NCBI GenBank assembly: GCA_035528115.1
Contig: DATKZF010000001.1
Location: forward strand, 160,312-224,311
Source of the DNA: Candidatus Bipolaricaulota bacterium
GTDB lineage: Bacteria > Patescibacteriota > Patescibacteriia > UBA11705 > DATKZF01
Direction of reading: 5' to 3'
DNA length: 64,000 bases
Shown here: in pieces, positions 9,899-18,447 of the stretch
Numbering within the stretch: position 1 is the stretch's first letter
Layout: each line of letters begins with the position of its first letter
Translations under genes and position numbers: made by a program
The notes under the pieces: model-generated
Told to the model about the DNA's origin: nothing
The model's database searches: none
The model's input: the letters and a program-made list of their open reading frames with translations, nothing else

Positions 9899-10747
9899 AT
9901 GAAGTCCAAACGAAACAAAACCATCACCGCGTCAAATGAAGAAATCGAAAACTTCTCCTTTTTGAGCTTGCCCCGAGAAATAGATTCGATTTCAGCTCTT
10001 GAGAATCGAATTTTCCTGACCGATTCTCTGAAATCAATTAAATTGCTTCCGAACAATTCAATTGATTTGATTTTAACCGACCCGCCATATAACAACCGCA
10101 AAAACTTCGGCGACGGCACGGTTAATTTGAGCGAGACCGAATTTGAAAAATGGAATGACTCATGGATCAAAGAATGTTTCAGGATTCTAAAGCCGAACGG
10201 CTCGATTTACGTCTGCATCGACTGGCAAAACTCCGGTCTGATTCAGGACGTTTTAAAAAAATATTTCATTATCAAAAATCGCGTCACTTGGAAAAGGGAA
10301 AAAGGCAGAGGTTCTAAAACAAACTGGAAAAACAACATGGAAGACATCTGGTTCGCGACCAAGTCAAACGATTACACTTTCAACGTCGATCAAGTCAAAA
10401 TAAAAAAAGAAGTCATTGCTCCTTATACAGATTCAGCCGGAAATCCGAAAGACTGGATTGAAGAAGATGGGAAAAAATTCAGAATGACTTGCCCATCGAA
10501 TATTTGGACAGACCTCACCGTGCCTTTTTGGTCCATGCCCGAAAACACCGAGCACCCCACCCAAAAACCGGAAAAACTTATTGAAAGAATCATTTTGGCC
10601 AGTTCCAGTGAAGAAGATTTGATTTTCGATCCGTTCCTTGGCTCGGGAACGACATGCGCGGTCGCCAAAAGATTAAAAAGAAAATATCTCGGTTTTGAAA
10701 TTAATAAAAAATATTATATTCTGGCCTCCAAAAGATTGGACAAATAA
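9899..10747 (+). CDS. DNA methyltransferase (N6-adenine or N4-cytosine, beta class), apparently an orphan
   Basis: DPPY catalytic motif in LILTDPPYNN. C-terminal FDPFLGSGTT AdoMet motif with motif order IV then I (beta class). No restriction endonuclease is adjacent. Confidence 0.85.
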   Translation: MKSKRNKTITASNEEIENFSFLSLPREIDSISALENRIFLTDSLKSIKLLPNNSIDLILTDPPYNNRKNFGDGTVNLSETEFEKWNDSWIKECFRILKPNGSIYVCIDWQNSGLIQDVLKKYFIIKNRVTWKREKGRGSKTNWKNNMEDIWFATKSNDYTFNVDQVKIKKEVIAPYTDSAGNPKDWIEEDGKKFRMTCPSNIWTDLTVPFWSMPENTEHPTQKPEKLIERIILASSSEEDLIFDPFLGSGTTCAVAKRLKRKYLGFEINKKYYILASKRLDK

Positions 10748-10750
10748 ATC

Positions 10751-11098
10751 TCAATCGAACAATTCGTTTCTCAAATCCTTGGCGTCATTGAAAAAATCCT
10801 TACCTTGCTCAATCGCCGAATCCATTTCTTTCAAATGTTCATCGGCTGACGCGGCCGCGTCTTGAGCTTTTTGCAATGATTCACGTCCTTCGCTTATCTC
10901 CACGCTTATTTGCGCCCTGACCGTCTGATAAAATTTATACAAATACAATCCGCCGGCTATAACCGCCGCAACAAAAATCAGCCAACAGCCGGTTTTTATT
11001 TTTGTCAAAATGCCGGTTTTATATTTGACGATTTCCTTTGGTTTGGCCGTCTCATTATTTTCTTTTGTTGAGCTGTTGCTGGAATGCTTCATAATCAA
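10751..11098 (-). CDS. Hypothetical N-terminally anchored membrane protein
   Basis: 115 aa with one TM helix (CWLIFVAAVIAGGLYLY) followed by a charged coiled coil. It overlaps the upstream gene by 4 nt. Confidence 0.5.
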   Translation of the reverse strand: MIMKHSSNSSTKENNETAKPKEIVKYKTGILTKIKTGCWLIFVAAVIAGGLYLYKFYQTVRAQISVEISEGRESLQKAQDAAASADEHLKEMDSAIEQGKDFFNDAKDLRNELFD

Positions 11099-11673
11099 AT
11101 CAATTCCCTGATTTTAAGATCATAAATAATCTGCTCGATCTGCCTTTGATTTCGTTTGGCTTGATCGAATTTGGTTCGTAAAAAACTGGTCAGATTCATT
11201 TCGAGTAAAATCAAAATCACCTCATTAATGGTTTTTTGAATGTCGAAAATTTTGGCATATTTCCCCTGATTGACCAAAAGCACCGCCCAGCGCACCAATT
11301 CCCCGGAAAAATCGGCAAGTCCGCCCAAGTATTCGTCAAACTCAAGCGACACGCCGCTGATCTCCCCCACTTTACCCGTCTTTCTATATTCGAAATACAA
11401 AGCCGCTTCCGCGAATTCTTCATTGGCGGCCTTCCATGAGCCTTCGGCTCTGCTTTTGTGATTTTTGCCGAATTTTTTTTCCAATTCAACCAATGTTTTC
11501 TTGCTCTCATCAAGTTTCGCTTTGGCGTCTTTAATATTGTCTCGATGAAGCGCGAAGATCGCTTTTTTGGCGTTATTTAAAGCCATGCTCGATTGCCCGA
11601 TAATAATCGATCTGTTTTTTTGATAATCAGCGTGTTTTTTTTGAATTTGTTTCCAAAATGTTTTGTTTAGCAT
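11095..11673 (-). CDS. Translin-family protein (nucleic-acid-binding)
   Basis: EYLGGLADFSGELVRWAV and the C-terminal IEQIIYDLKIRE match the translin signatures YVEALSDLTGELMRLAI and VEEVVYDLSIRG. Confidence 0.6.
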   Translation of the reverse strand: MLNKTFWKQIQKKHADYQKNRSIIIGQSSMALNNAKKAIFALHRDNIKDAKAKLDESKKTLVELEKKFGKNHKSRAEGSWKAANEEFAEAALYFEYRKTGKVGEISGVSLEFDEYLGGLADFSGELVRWAVLLVNQGKYAKIFDIQKTINEVILILLEMNLTSFLRTKFDQAKRNQRQIEQIIYDLKIRELI

Positions 11674-11687
11674 AAATTTTCAAATAT

Positions 11688-11716
11688 TTGACTAATTTTA
11701 AATTTCTTCATATAAT
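11688..11716 (+). promoter_or_regulatory. Near-consensus sigma-70 promoter TTGACT-N17-TATAAT
   Basis: TTGACT at 11688-11693, a 17-nt spacer, then TATAAT at 11711-11716. An AGGAGG ribosome binding site follows at 11733, and the ATG is at 11746. Confidence 0.6.
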
Positions 11717-11745
11717 TTTAACTCGACAACCAAGGAGGACGGACA

Positions 11746-12143
11746 TGGACATTCATCCGTGCAAAAATTGCGCTCAGGCCAGCGTCTGCAACATCAGACT
11801 GGCGTTCGAGCGCTTCGGGCAAACGAACCCTGACATGAAAAGCGTCACCTTCAGCTGTCAGCGCTTCGAGTCGCTAAATAGAGCCCCGCCCGACATTTTG
11901 CAGGCGCGGACATCATCCTGCAGACGTTGCGGCGAAGCGAACAACTGCCGGATGAAAAAAAATATGTCTCTTCTCTTCACCCGCTACGACAACAGCATCT
12001 CGCTGATCGCCTTGTTCTGTACGAAGAGACTCTACGATCTGGCAAAGTTCCTCGAAGGATGCCTCTCCTGCCAAAGAACCGGTTGTCCGATCCGAGACGC
12101 GCTCAATTTCAAGCTCGTCTGCTCGTATCACCCCGACCGCTAA
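11746..12143 (+). CDS. Small cysteine-rich hypothetical protein (132 aa, at least 13 Cys)
   Basis: Strong AGGAGG-N7-ATG. CxxC and CxxxC spacings (CKNCAQASVC, CRRCGEANNC, CLSCQRTGC). Local GC about 60%, above the neighbouring genes. Confidence 0.6.
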
Positions 12144-12168
12144 ACCGCTTTCTCAAAGCGGTTTTTAT
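12142..12168. terminator. Bidirectional rho-independent terminator
   Basis: AAACCGCTTTCTCAAAGCGGTTTTT hairpin with flanking A and T runs, between convergent genes. Confidence 0.6.
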
Positions 12169-12170
12169 AA

Positions 12171-13175
12171 TTATTGCAAATACTTTTGCTTATTGGCCAC
12201 GTGCTCTTCAAATGTTTTGCTGTAAATTATTTCGCCGTCTTCGGTATTCAAAAAATAATAATAATCATTAGGCTCGGGATAAACGACGGCCTTGATCGCC
12301 TCAATGCTCGGATTGCAAATAGGACCGGGCGGCAAACCTTTATTTTCATAAGTATTATACGGATGCTGAATTTCCAAATCAGCGAAGCTGGGACGAGTTG
12401 TCCCCTTTTTCGTGATGTAATTGATGGTGGCGTCGGATTGAAGCGGCATGCCTATGTTCAATCTTTTCAAAAAAACATCAGCTACGATTCTCCTATTTTC
12501 ATAGCCATGCATTTCTTTTTCCACGATTGAAGCCAAGGTCAAAACCTCAAAAATAGTTTTCTTTTGTCGTTTTATTTCAGTTCTCAATTCAGGCGTCAAC
12601 TTTTGATCTAAATTTTCCAACATTTTTTCAATAACCCCGGCCGAACCGGCTTGCGGATCAAAAAAATAAGTGTCCGGATATAAATAACCTTCAAGGTCCG
12701 CCTCCATCGGCTTACCATCCCAAAAAGTCCATCTGCTTTCCGCTCTCCAAAAACCGTTTTGAACTTCATCCAGAAATTCCAACCCCGAAACAATATCTTG
12801 CTCGGTTAATTCAGCGGCGATTTGCATTTGATCCCAACCTTCGATTATGGTCACGCGACCGAACTTGTCTCCTTGACCGCTTAAAGCGTCAATCAAATCA
12901 AATGAATTATATTCCGGTTTCAACCAATAGGTGCCGGCCACAAAGTTACTTGAAAGCCCCTTGAATTTTATGTACCACAGCAAGGCCGATTCATCTTTAA
13001 CAATGTCATTGACCCGCAATTTTTCAACAATGTCTTTAGCGCTCATGCCGCTTTCGACTTTGAACGGAATATTTTCGGAAATATTCAAATTTTCTTTCAA
13101 GTTTTCAAATTTCAAAAAACCGAACGCGGCCAATCCCAACAAAAGAATCAAAATAAGAAAAAAAAGTTTTTTCAT
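12171..13175 (-). CDS. mltG: Endolytic murein transglycosylase MltG (YceG family)
   Basis: N-terminal TM helix and YceG-like domain, with the C-terminal motif YNTYENKGLPPGPICNPS. Confidence 0.85.
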   Translation of the reverse strand: MKKLFFLILILLLGLAAFGFLKFENLKENLNISENIPFKVESGMSAKDIVEKLRVNDIVKDESALLWYIKFKGLSSNFVAGTYWLKPEYNSFDLIDALSGQGDKFGRVTIIEGWDQMQIAAELTEQDIVSGLEFLDEVQNGFWRAESRWTFWDGKPMEADLEGYLYPDTYFFDPQAGSAGVIEKMLENLDQKLTPELRTEIKRQKKTIFEVLTLASIVEKEMHGYENRRIVADVFLKRLNIGMPLQSDATINYITKKGTTRPSFADLEIQHPYNTYENKGLPPGPICNPSIEAIKAVVYPEPNDYYYFLNTEDGEIIYSKTFEEHVANKQKYLQ

Positions 13176-14254
13176 AAGACTTTTTTATAATCATCATTAT
13201 TTTTTAGCTTTTCAATAATGTCTTTCAACCCTTGCGCATAACCTTTTTTGCACACCAGCAGAGCGTCCTTGGTGTCCACGATTACCAAATCATCAAGGCC
13301 GATGGTGGCGATAACTTTGCCTTTTTCGCCCGCGATCAGACAGCCGGAAGTGTCATCGCCCACCCAGTCCGCTTTGACCAAATTGCCGTTTTCATCGACT
13401 TGACTTTTTTGAGCGTCGTACAAAACGTCAAACGCGCCAATATCGGACCAAGGAAAATTCGCCTTAACTATCAAAACGTCAGCCGTCTCTATTTTTTCCG
13501 TAATGGCGTAATCGATGGACACGCTCTTCATCAATGAACAAACTTCTTCAATTTTATTTTCATCGCTTGCTTTCACCGCTCGATGAATTTCTTCAACGTT
13601 TTTCAAAATATCCGGCGCGTATTTTTTGAAAGCCTCGATGAATTTTCTCGGCGTCCACATGTAATAGCTGGCGTGCCACAAATAACTCCCTTCAGCCAAA
13701 TACTTTTTGGCCGTGTCAAAATCAGGTTTTTCCGTGTGGTCCGCAAATTCAAAAATTTCGACATTGTCTTTTTCTTGATAAAGACGTCCGATCTTCGTGT
13801 ATCCCAAAACAGTACTGGGAAAATTAGGACTGACCGCAATGTCCAGCAGTTTGCCGGTTGATTGAACCAAGTCATCCGATATTTTCAAAATTTTTAAAAA
13901 TTTTTCAGTGTCGCCGATAAAATGATCCGAGGGAATGAACGCCACCGTTTCATCCGGATATTTTTCCATCAAATTCAAGCATACATAAGCCATGGCCGGA
14001 GCCGTGTCTTTTTTGCAAGGCTCAACCAAAAAATTCTCATCTGCGATTTGTCCGGCCAATGACTTGGCCGAAACCAAATGCTGTTTGCCCAGCGCAACAT
14101 AAATATTCTTTTTATCAAAATCAGCGAAGCGATCCAACGTTTGCTCCAGCAATGTTTTGTCGCCGATTATTTTGCAAAATTGTTTAGGTTTTTCCCGCCG
14201 ACTCAGCGGCCAAAGCCGCGTCCCTCCCCCGCCGGCCATGATGACTATTTTCAT
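13172..14254 (-). CDS. Mannose-1-phosphate guanylyltransferase-like sugar nucleotidyltransferase
   Basis: MKIVIMAGGGGTRLWPLSRREKPKQF, the nucleotidyltransferase G-loop. Length 360 aa. Confidence 0.8.
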   Translation of the reverse strand: MKIVIMAGGGGTRLWPLSRREKPKQFCKIIGDKTLLEQTLDRFADFDKKNIYVALGKQHLVSAKSLAGQIADENFLVEPCKKDTAPAMAYVCLNLMEKYPDETVAFIPSDHFIGDTEKFLKILKISDDLVQSTGKLLDIAVSPNFPSTVLGYTKIGRLYQEKDNVEIFEFADHTEKPDFDTAKKYLAEGSYLWHASYYMWTPRKFIEAFKKYAPDILKNVEEIHRAVKASDENKIEEVCSLMKSVSIDYAITEKIETADVLIVKANFPWSDIGAFDVLYDAQKSQVDENGNLVKADWVGDDTSGCLIAGEKGKVIATIGLDDLVIVDTKDALLVCKKGYAQGLKDIIEKLKNNDDYKKVL

Positions 14255-14322
14255 ATATTTGACAATTGACCTTTTTTGAATTAATCTGTTATATTCTTCT
14301 ACAAGGGAACAGGAGGATTGTC

Positions 14323-14694
14323 ATGACAACACAAACCATGGGCATTCTTTGGGCAATGGCGATCATCAGCTACCTTGCCACGGGCCTGGTTATCGCAATG
14401 ATTTCCTTCAACCTGTGGAATTATGCTATGTTCAAACAAGACGTTCTGCACGTCAAGCCCTGGCATTACATTTTTTTTCCTGGCATGCTGATCAAAAAAA
14501 GAATAATCAGCATCAGCAGATACATCCCGGACCCACGCCCGGCCAATAATATGGGGATCGCGCCGTACATCATAGCGACTACGCCGTTTTGGCCGCTACG
14601 GGTGATCTGGCTATTCATCTGCCTGATCATCTGGCCGCTGGCGCGAATCTTCCGGAAACCTCGGCCTAGAGTATCCACCTCCTACGCTCCCTGA
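14323..14694 (+). CDS. Small hypothetical membrane protein
   Basis: AGGAGG ribosome binding site at 14311. Three or four hydrophobic helices. Confidence 0.45.
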   Translation: MTTQTMGILWAMAIISYLATGLVIAMISFNLWNYAMFKQDVLHVKPWHYIFFPGMLIKKRIISISRYIPDPRPANNMGIAPYIIATTPFWPLRVIWLFICLIIWPLARIFRKPRPRVSTSYAP

Positions 14695-14722
14695 CAAACC
14701 TGGCCGCACGCGTCGGGTTTTT

Positions 14723-15550
14723 TCAATTGAGCAATAAATACACGATCAATGCCGCGGCCAATAAAAACCGGTAATACGCGAACGGCCTCATGCCGCGCTT
14801 ATTCAGTATAGCCAATAAAAATTTAATTGCAACAAACCCTATTACCGCCGAAGAAATTATGCCGATGATAAATAAAGGAGCTTCGGACGTTAACGTTTCA
14901 AAATTCAATTTCAGCGCGCCCAAAACGGCAGCTCCGAGCATCACCGGAATTCCCAAAACAAAACTGAACCGAGCGGCCTCGCCTCTCTGTAATTTAAAAC
15001 CCATTCCTGTTATAATGGTAATGCCTGAGCGCGAAACTCCCGGAATCAAGGCAATCGCTTGAGCAAAACCGATGGCCAACGCGCTCTTCCAATTCAAACT
15101 GATGATTTGTTTATTTCCTTTATAAAATTTTTCAACCAGCAAAAACAAAACTCCTCCCAAAATCAACGCGACGATGACCACAACGGAATTTCTGACAACC
15201 TTTTCGAAAAAGTCTCCGAAAGCGGCGCCCAAGAGCGCGGCGGGGATCGAGCCTAGAACAAGCAACCAAGCCAATCTCTGATCATCATTTAAATGATTTA
15301 ATTTCTTAAAACTTGAAAACCACGCAACGCATAAAACTCCAATGGGTTTGGCAAAGTAAACGATTATGGCCAGCAAAGTACCCAAATGAAGAGCGACATC
15401 AAAGCTCAAGCTGTCATTGATTTGAAAATTTAAAATATCCCTAAAAATAATCAAGTGCCCCGAACTGGAAACGGGCAAAAACTCGGTAATGCCTTGAACG
15501 ATTCCCAAAAAAAGAGAAGATAAATAAATCATATTAAATTTATGCTGCAA
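14723..15550 (-). CDS. uppP: Undecaprenyl-diphosphatase. The start may be the internal Met at 15532.
   Basis: GITEFLPVSSSGHL and the conserved C-terminal PGVSRSG motif. Confidence 0.88.
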   Translation of the reverse strand: MQHKFNMIYLSSLFLGIVQGITEFLPVSSSGHLIIFRDILNFQINDSLSFDVALHLGTLLAIIVYFAKPIGVLCVAWFSSFKKLNHLNDDQRLAWLLVLGSIPAALLGAAFGDFFEKVVRNSVVVIVALILGGVLFLLVEKFYKGNKQIISLNWKSALAIGFAQAIALIPGVSRSGITIITGMGFKLQRGEAARFSFVLGIPVMLGAAVLGALKLNFETLTSEAPLFIIGIISSAVIGFVAIKFLLAILNKRGMRPFAYYRFLLAAALIVYLLLN

Positions 15551-15970
15551 ATAGTATTATTGCCGATCGTCTGCGGTCTTATCTGCCAGCTGTTAAAACT
15601 CATCTTCAGCGCGTTCACCGGAAAATTTTCATGGGGAGAATTGAACAGCTACGGCGGCATGCCGTCATCCCATTCGGCTTTCGTCTCATCGCTGGCCGTG
15701 GTGGCCGGCTATTATGAAGGCTGGACATCGGTCGCCTTTTCCATCGCCCTGGTTTTTGCCATTTTGACGATCAGAGACGCCATCGGATTTCGAAGAATTT
15801 TGGGCAAGCACGCGCAAATCATCAATCAGATGGTGCATCAAATGCCGGATTCGAACAAGTCAGACTATCAACAATTATCAACAAGACTCGGACACAAGCC
15901 CGGCGAGGCTCTGGCCGGCGCTTTGATCGGTGTAGCTGTTACTTTAATTTATGTTTTATTGACGCGATAA
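15542..15970 (+). CDS. Divergent PAP2-family (YuiD-like) membrane phosphatase-related protein
   Basis: GGMPSSHSA motif. Length 142 aa. Confidence 0.65.
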   Translation: MLQIVLLPIVCGLICQLLKLIFSAFTGKFSWGELNSYGGMPSSHSAFVSSLAVVAGYYEGWTSVAFSIALVFAILTIRDAIGFRRILGKHAQIINQMVHQMPDSNKSDYQQLSTRLGHKPGEALAGALIGVAVTLIYVLLTR

Positions 15971-15971
15971 G

Positions 15972-16826
15972 TCATTTTTGACAAACCGGACAAAAAACGG
16001 AAGTTCTGCCGGCAATTTTCATTTTTATCAAAACAGCGCCTTCGCGCCGGCACTTTTGCCCGACTCGACCGTAAACCTTCAATTTTTTTTCATACTCCCC
16101 GGTTTTGTTTGATCTGGAATAATTATTCTGAGACGTGCCTTTATCTTCGATGGCTTCGCTCAGAATTTTTTTTATATTTTCGAATAGTTTCTTGGCTTCT
16201 TTGGACGTTAATTTTCCTACCGCTCTATCCGGTCTGACTTTGGCCGCGAAACAAATCTCGTCGGAATATATGTTGCCGATGCCAGCCACTGCATTTTGAT
16301 CCAGCAACAACGCTTTGATTTTTTTTCGCGGAAATTCTTTTAACACCTTCGAAAAATATTCAAAGGTAAATTCTTTGGACAACGGCTCCGCGCCGACTTC
16401 ATTTAAAATATTTTTTAACGCTTTTTCATCCACCAAATTCAACCAGCCGAATTTTCGCACGTCATTGTAAAAAAGTTCTTCGCCGTTTCCAAAATTAAAA
16501 ATCACTCTGGTGAATTTATTGGGAACTTTTTCAACACCAGGAATGCCGTGTCCGCCGAAAATCAATTTGCCGTTTTTCGAGACAAAAACATACTGGCCGG
16601 TCATTTTCAAATGGCTGATCAAAGAAAGTCCTCCGGCCAAATCGAATATCAATTTTTTTTGACGGCGCCAAACCTTGGAAATTTTTTTATTTTTCAGTTT
16701 GGCCGCCAGATCCTTGGGAGATATTTTTTTCTTAAAATCCAAAACCTCCACCCGTCGGATTATTTTTCCGAGTAAAACCTTCGACAGCTCCGATTTTAAA
16801 ACTTCAACTTCAGGCAATTCGGGCAT
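15972..16826 (-). CDS. mutM: Formamidopyrimidine-DNA glycosylase
   Basis: N-terminal MPELPEVE and a C-terminal zinc finger (CPVCQK). Confidence 0.9.
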   Translation of the reverse strand: MPELPEVEVLKSELSKVLLGKIIRRVEVLDFKKKISPKDLAAKLKNKKISKVWRRQKKLIFDLAGGLSLISHLKMTGQYVFVSKNGKLIFGGHGIPGVEKVPNKFTRVIFNFGNGEELFYNDVRKFGWLNLVDEKALKNILNEVGAEPLSKEFTFEYFSKVLKEFPRKKIKALLLDQNAVAGIGNIYSDEICFAAKVRPDRAVGKLTSKEAKKLFENIKKILSEAIEDKGTSQNNYSRSNKTGEYEKKLKVYGRVGQKCRREGAVLIKMKIAGRTSVFCPVCQK

Positions 16827-16833
16827 ATTGGCA

Positions 16834-18423
16834 TCAAATTAAAGACTTGCCTTCCATGTCTTCGGTCGCTGACAAATCCAACAGCTTTAAAATCGTCGGC
16901 GCCACGTCGGCCAAGATACCGGCCGGCTTAATCAGACTCAAATCATTGCCGAGGCTTTCCGCGCCGGATAAATTTTTGCCTTCCCATTCTTTGCCGACAA
17001 TGATGAAAGGCACCGGATTTCGAGTATGTTCTTTCGTGACCTCACCGGTATTAACGTCTTTCATTTGCTCGGCGTTCCCATGATCCGCGGTGATGATCAC
17101 CACGCCGCCTTTCGATAAAACCAAATCGACTATCGTGCCCAAATGCTTATCCACTATTTCCGCGGCTCGTTTGGCCGCCTCGATATCTCCTGTATGCCCG
17201 AGCATATCCATATTTGAAAAATTGCACACGATAAAATCATAAACCTCTCTTAATATTTCCTTTTCAAGGCGTTTTGATATTTCCGGCGTCGCCATTTGAG
17301 GCGTCCGAGCGTAGGAATCCGCCATGGGCGAAGGCATCACCACTCTATCTTCATTAATGAAAGGCTCCTCCGCTCCCCCGTCGAAAAAGAACGTGACATG
17401 CGCGAATTTTTCCGTTTCCGCCACATGCAGTTGCTTGAAACCGTTTTCGGAAATGATTTTCGCCAAGGAATTTTTTATCACCTGCTTCGGATAAGCCACT
17501 CCGATCGTTGCCAAATCTTCCGAATATCTGACCAATGAAATAACGGCAATATTGTCCATTTTAGGTCCACGCTCGAATTTATCGAAATTATCCGAAACAA
17601 AAGCTCCTGCCAATTGCCCTGCGCGATCGCCTTTCAAATTGAAAAAAATGACAGCGTCATTTTGTTGTATCGTTGTTTTTGGCCGACCACCGCTGGTCAA
17701 AACCACCGGCACAAAGCCATCATCGAATATTCCTCTATTATAAGACGCCGCGATGGCTTCCGCCGCGTTATCGTAAAATTCATCGGCTTGTCCGTTGGCC
17801 ATGGCCACGAAAGCTCTTTGAGTGCGCTCCCAATGTCCGTCCCGATCCATGGCGAAAAATCTGCCAGAGATCGAAGCGATTTCCCCCACACCAAGTTCCG
17901 CGCATTTTTTTTCAACTTCGGCGATCAAACCGGCGCCGCTGTCTTTAATGGAATCAACTCCGTCGAGAATGGCATGAATAAAAACTCGATTGACTTTTTG
18001 CCGACGAGCCAATTCAAGCAAAGCGAACAGATGCCTCAATGAACCGTGAACATCGCCATCGCTGACAATGCCGATCAAGTGCAACCCGGATTTATTGGCC
18101 TTGACATGGTTAATCGCTTTAAGCAATTCCTGATTATTGAAAAAATCGCCGTTCTTGATGGATCTGTCTATTCTGGGCAAATTTTGATAAAACACTTTGC
18201 CGATGCCCATGGTCATGTGTCCGACTTCAGAATTGCCGGGTTCATTTTCCGCCAACCCAACCGCTTCTCCCGAAGCGAGCAACGTTAATGAAGGATAATT
18301 GGACACCAAACGATTAAAATTCGGCGTTTTAGCCAAAGTAATCGCGTTGACGTCCGAAGGCTGCGCAACTCCCCAGCCGTCAAGAATCATCAACAATACG
18401 GGTTTGGGAATATTTTTATACAT
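16834..18423 (-). CDS. gpmI: 2,3-bisphosphoglycerate-independent phosphoglycerate mutase
   Basis: MILDGWG...GNSEVGHM, the Ser-containing catalytic motif. Length 529 aa. Confidence 0.9.
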   Translation of the reverse strand: MYKNIPKPVLLMILDGWGVAQPSDVNAITLAKTPNFNRLVSNYPSLTLLASGEAVGLAENEPGNSEVGHMTMGIGKVFYQNLPRIDRSIKNGDFFNNQELLKAINHVKANKSGLHLIGIVSDGDVHGSLRHLFALLELARRQKVNRVFIHAILDGVDSIKDSGAGLIAEVEKKCAELGVGEIASISGRFFAMDRDGHWERTQRAFVAMANGQADEFYDNAAEAIAASYNRGIFDDGFVPVVLTSGGRPKTTIQQNDAVIFFNLKGDRAGQLAGAFVSDNFDKFERGPKMDNIAVISLVRYSEDLATIGVAYPKQVIKNSLAKIISENGFKQLHVAETEKFAHVTFFFDGGAEEPFINEDRVVMPSPMADSYARTPQMATPEISKRLEKEILREVYDFIVCNFSNMDMLGHTGDIEAAKRAAEIVDKHLGTIVDLVLSKGGVVIITADHGNAEQMKDVNTGEVTKEHTRNPVPFIIVGKEWEGKNLSGAESLGNDLSLIKPAGILADVAPTILKLLDLSATEDMEGKSLI

Positions 18424-18447
18424 AATTTATAATTATTTTTAATAATT

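Noticed and set aside
9899-10747. Complete restriction-modification system
   Set aside because: Only the methyltransferase is present. The flanking genes are rsmI, a small membrane protein and a translin-like protein, none nuclease-like.
11217-11513. 98-aa ORF inside the translin-like gene
   Set aside because: It is an alternative frame of the 192-aa gene, which has the recognisable family signatures.
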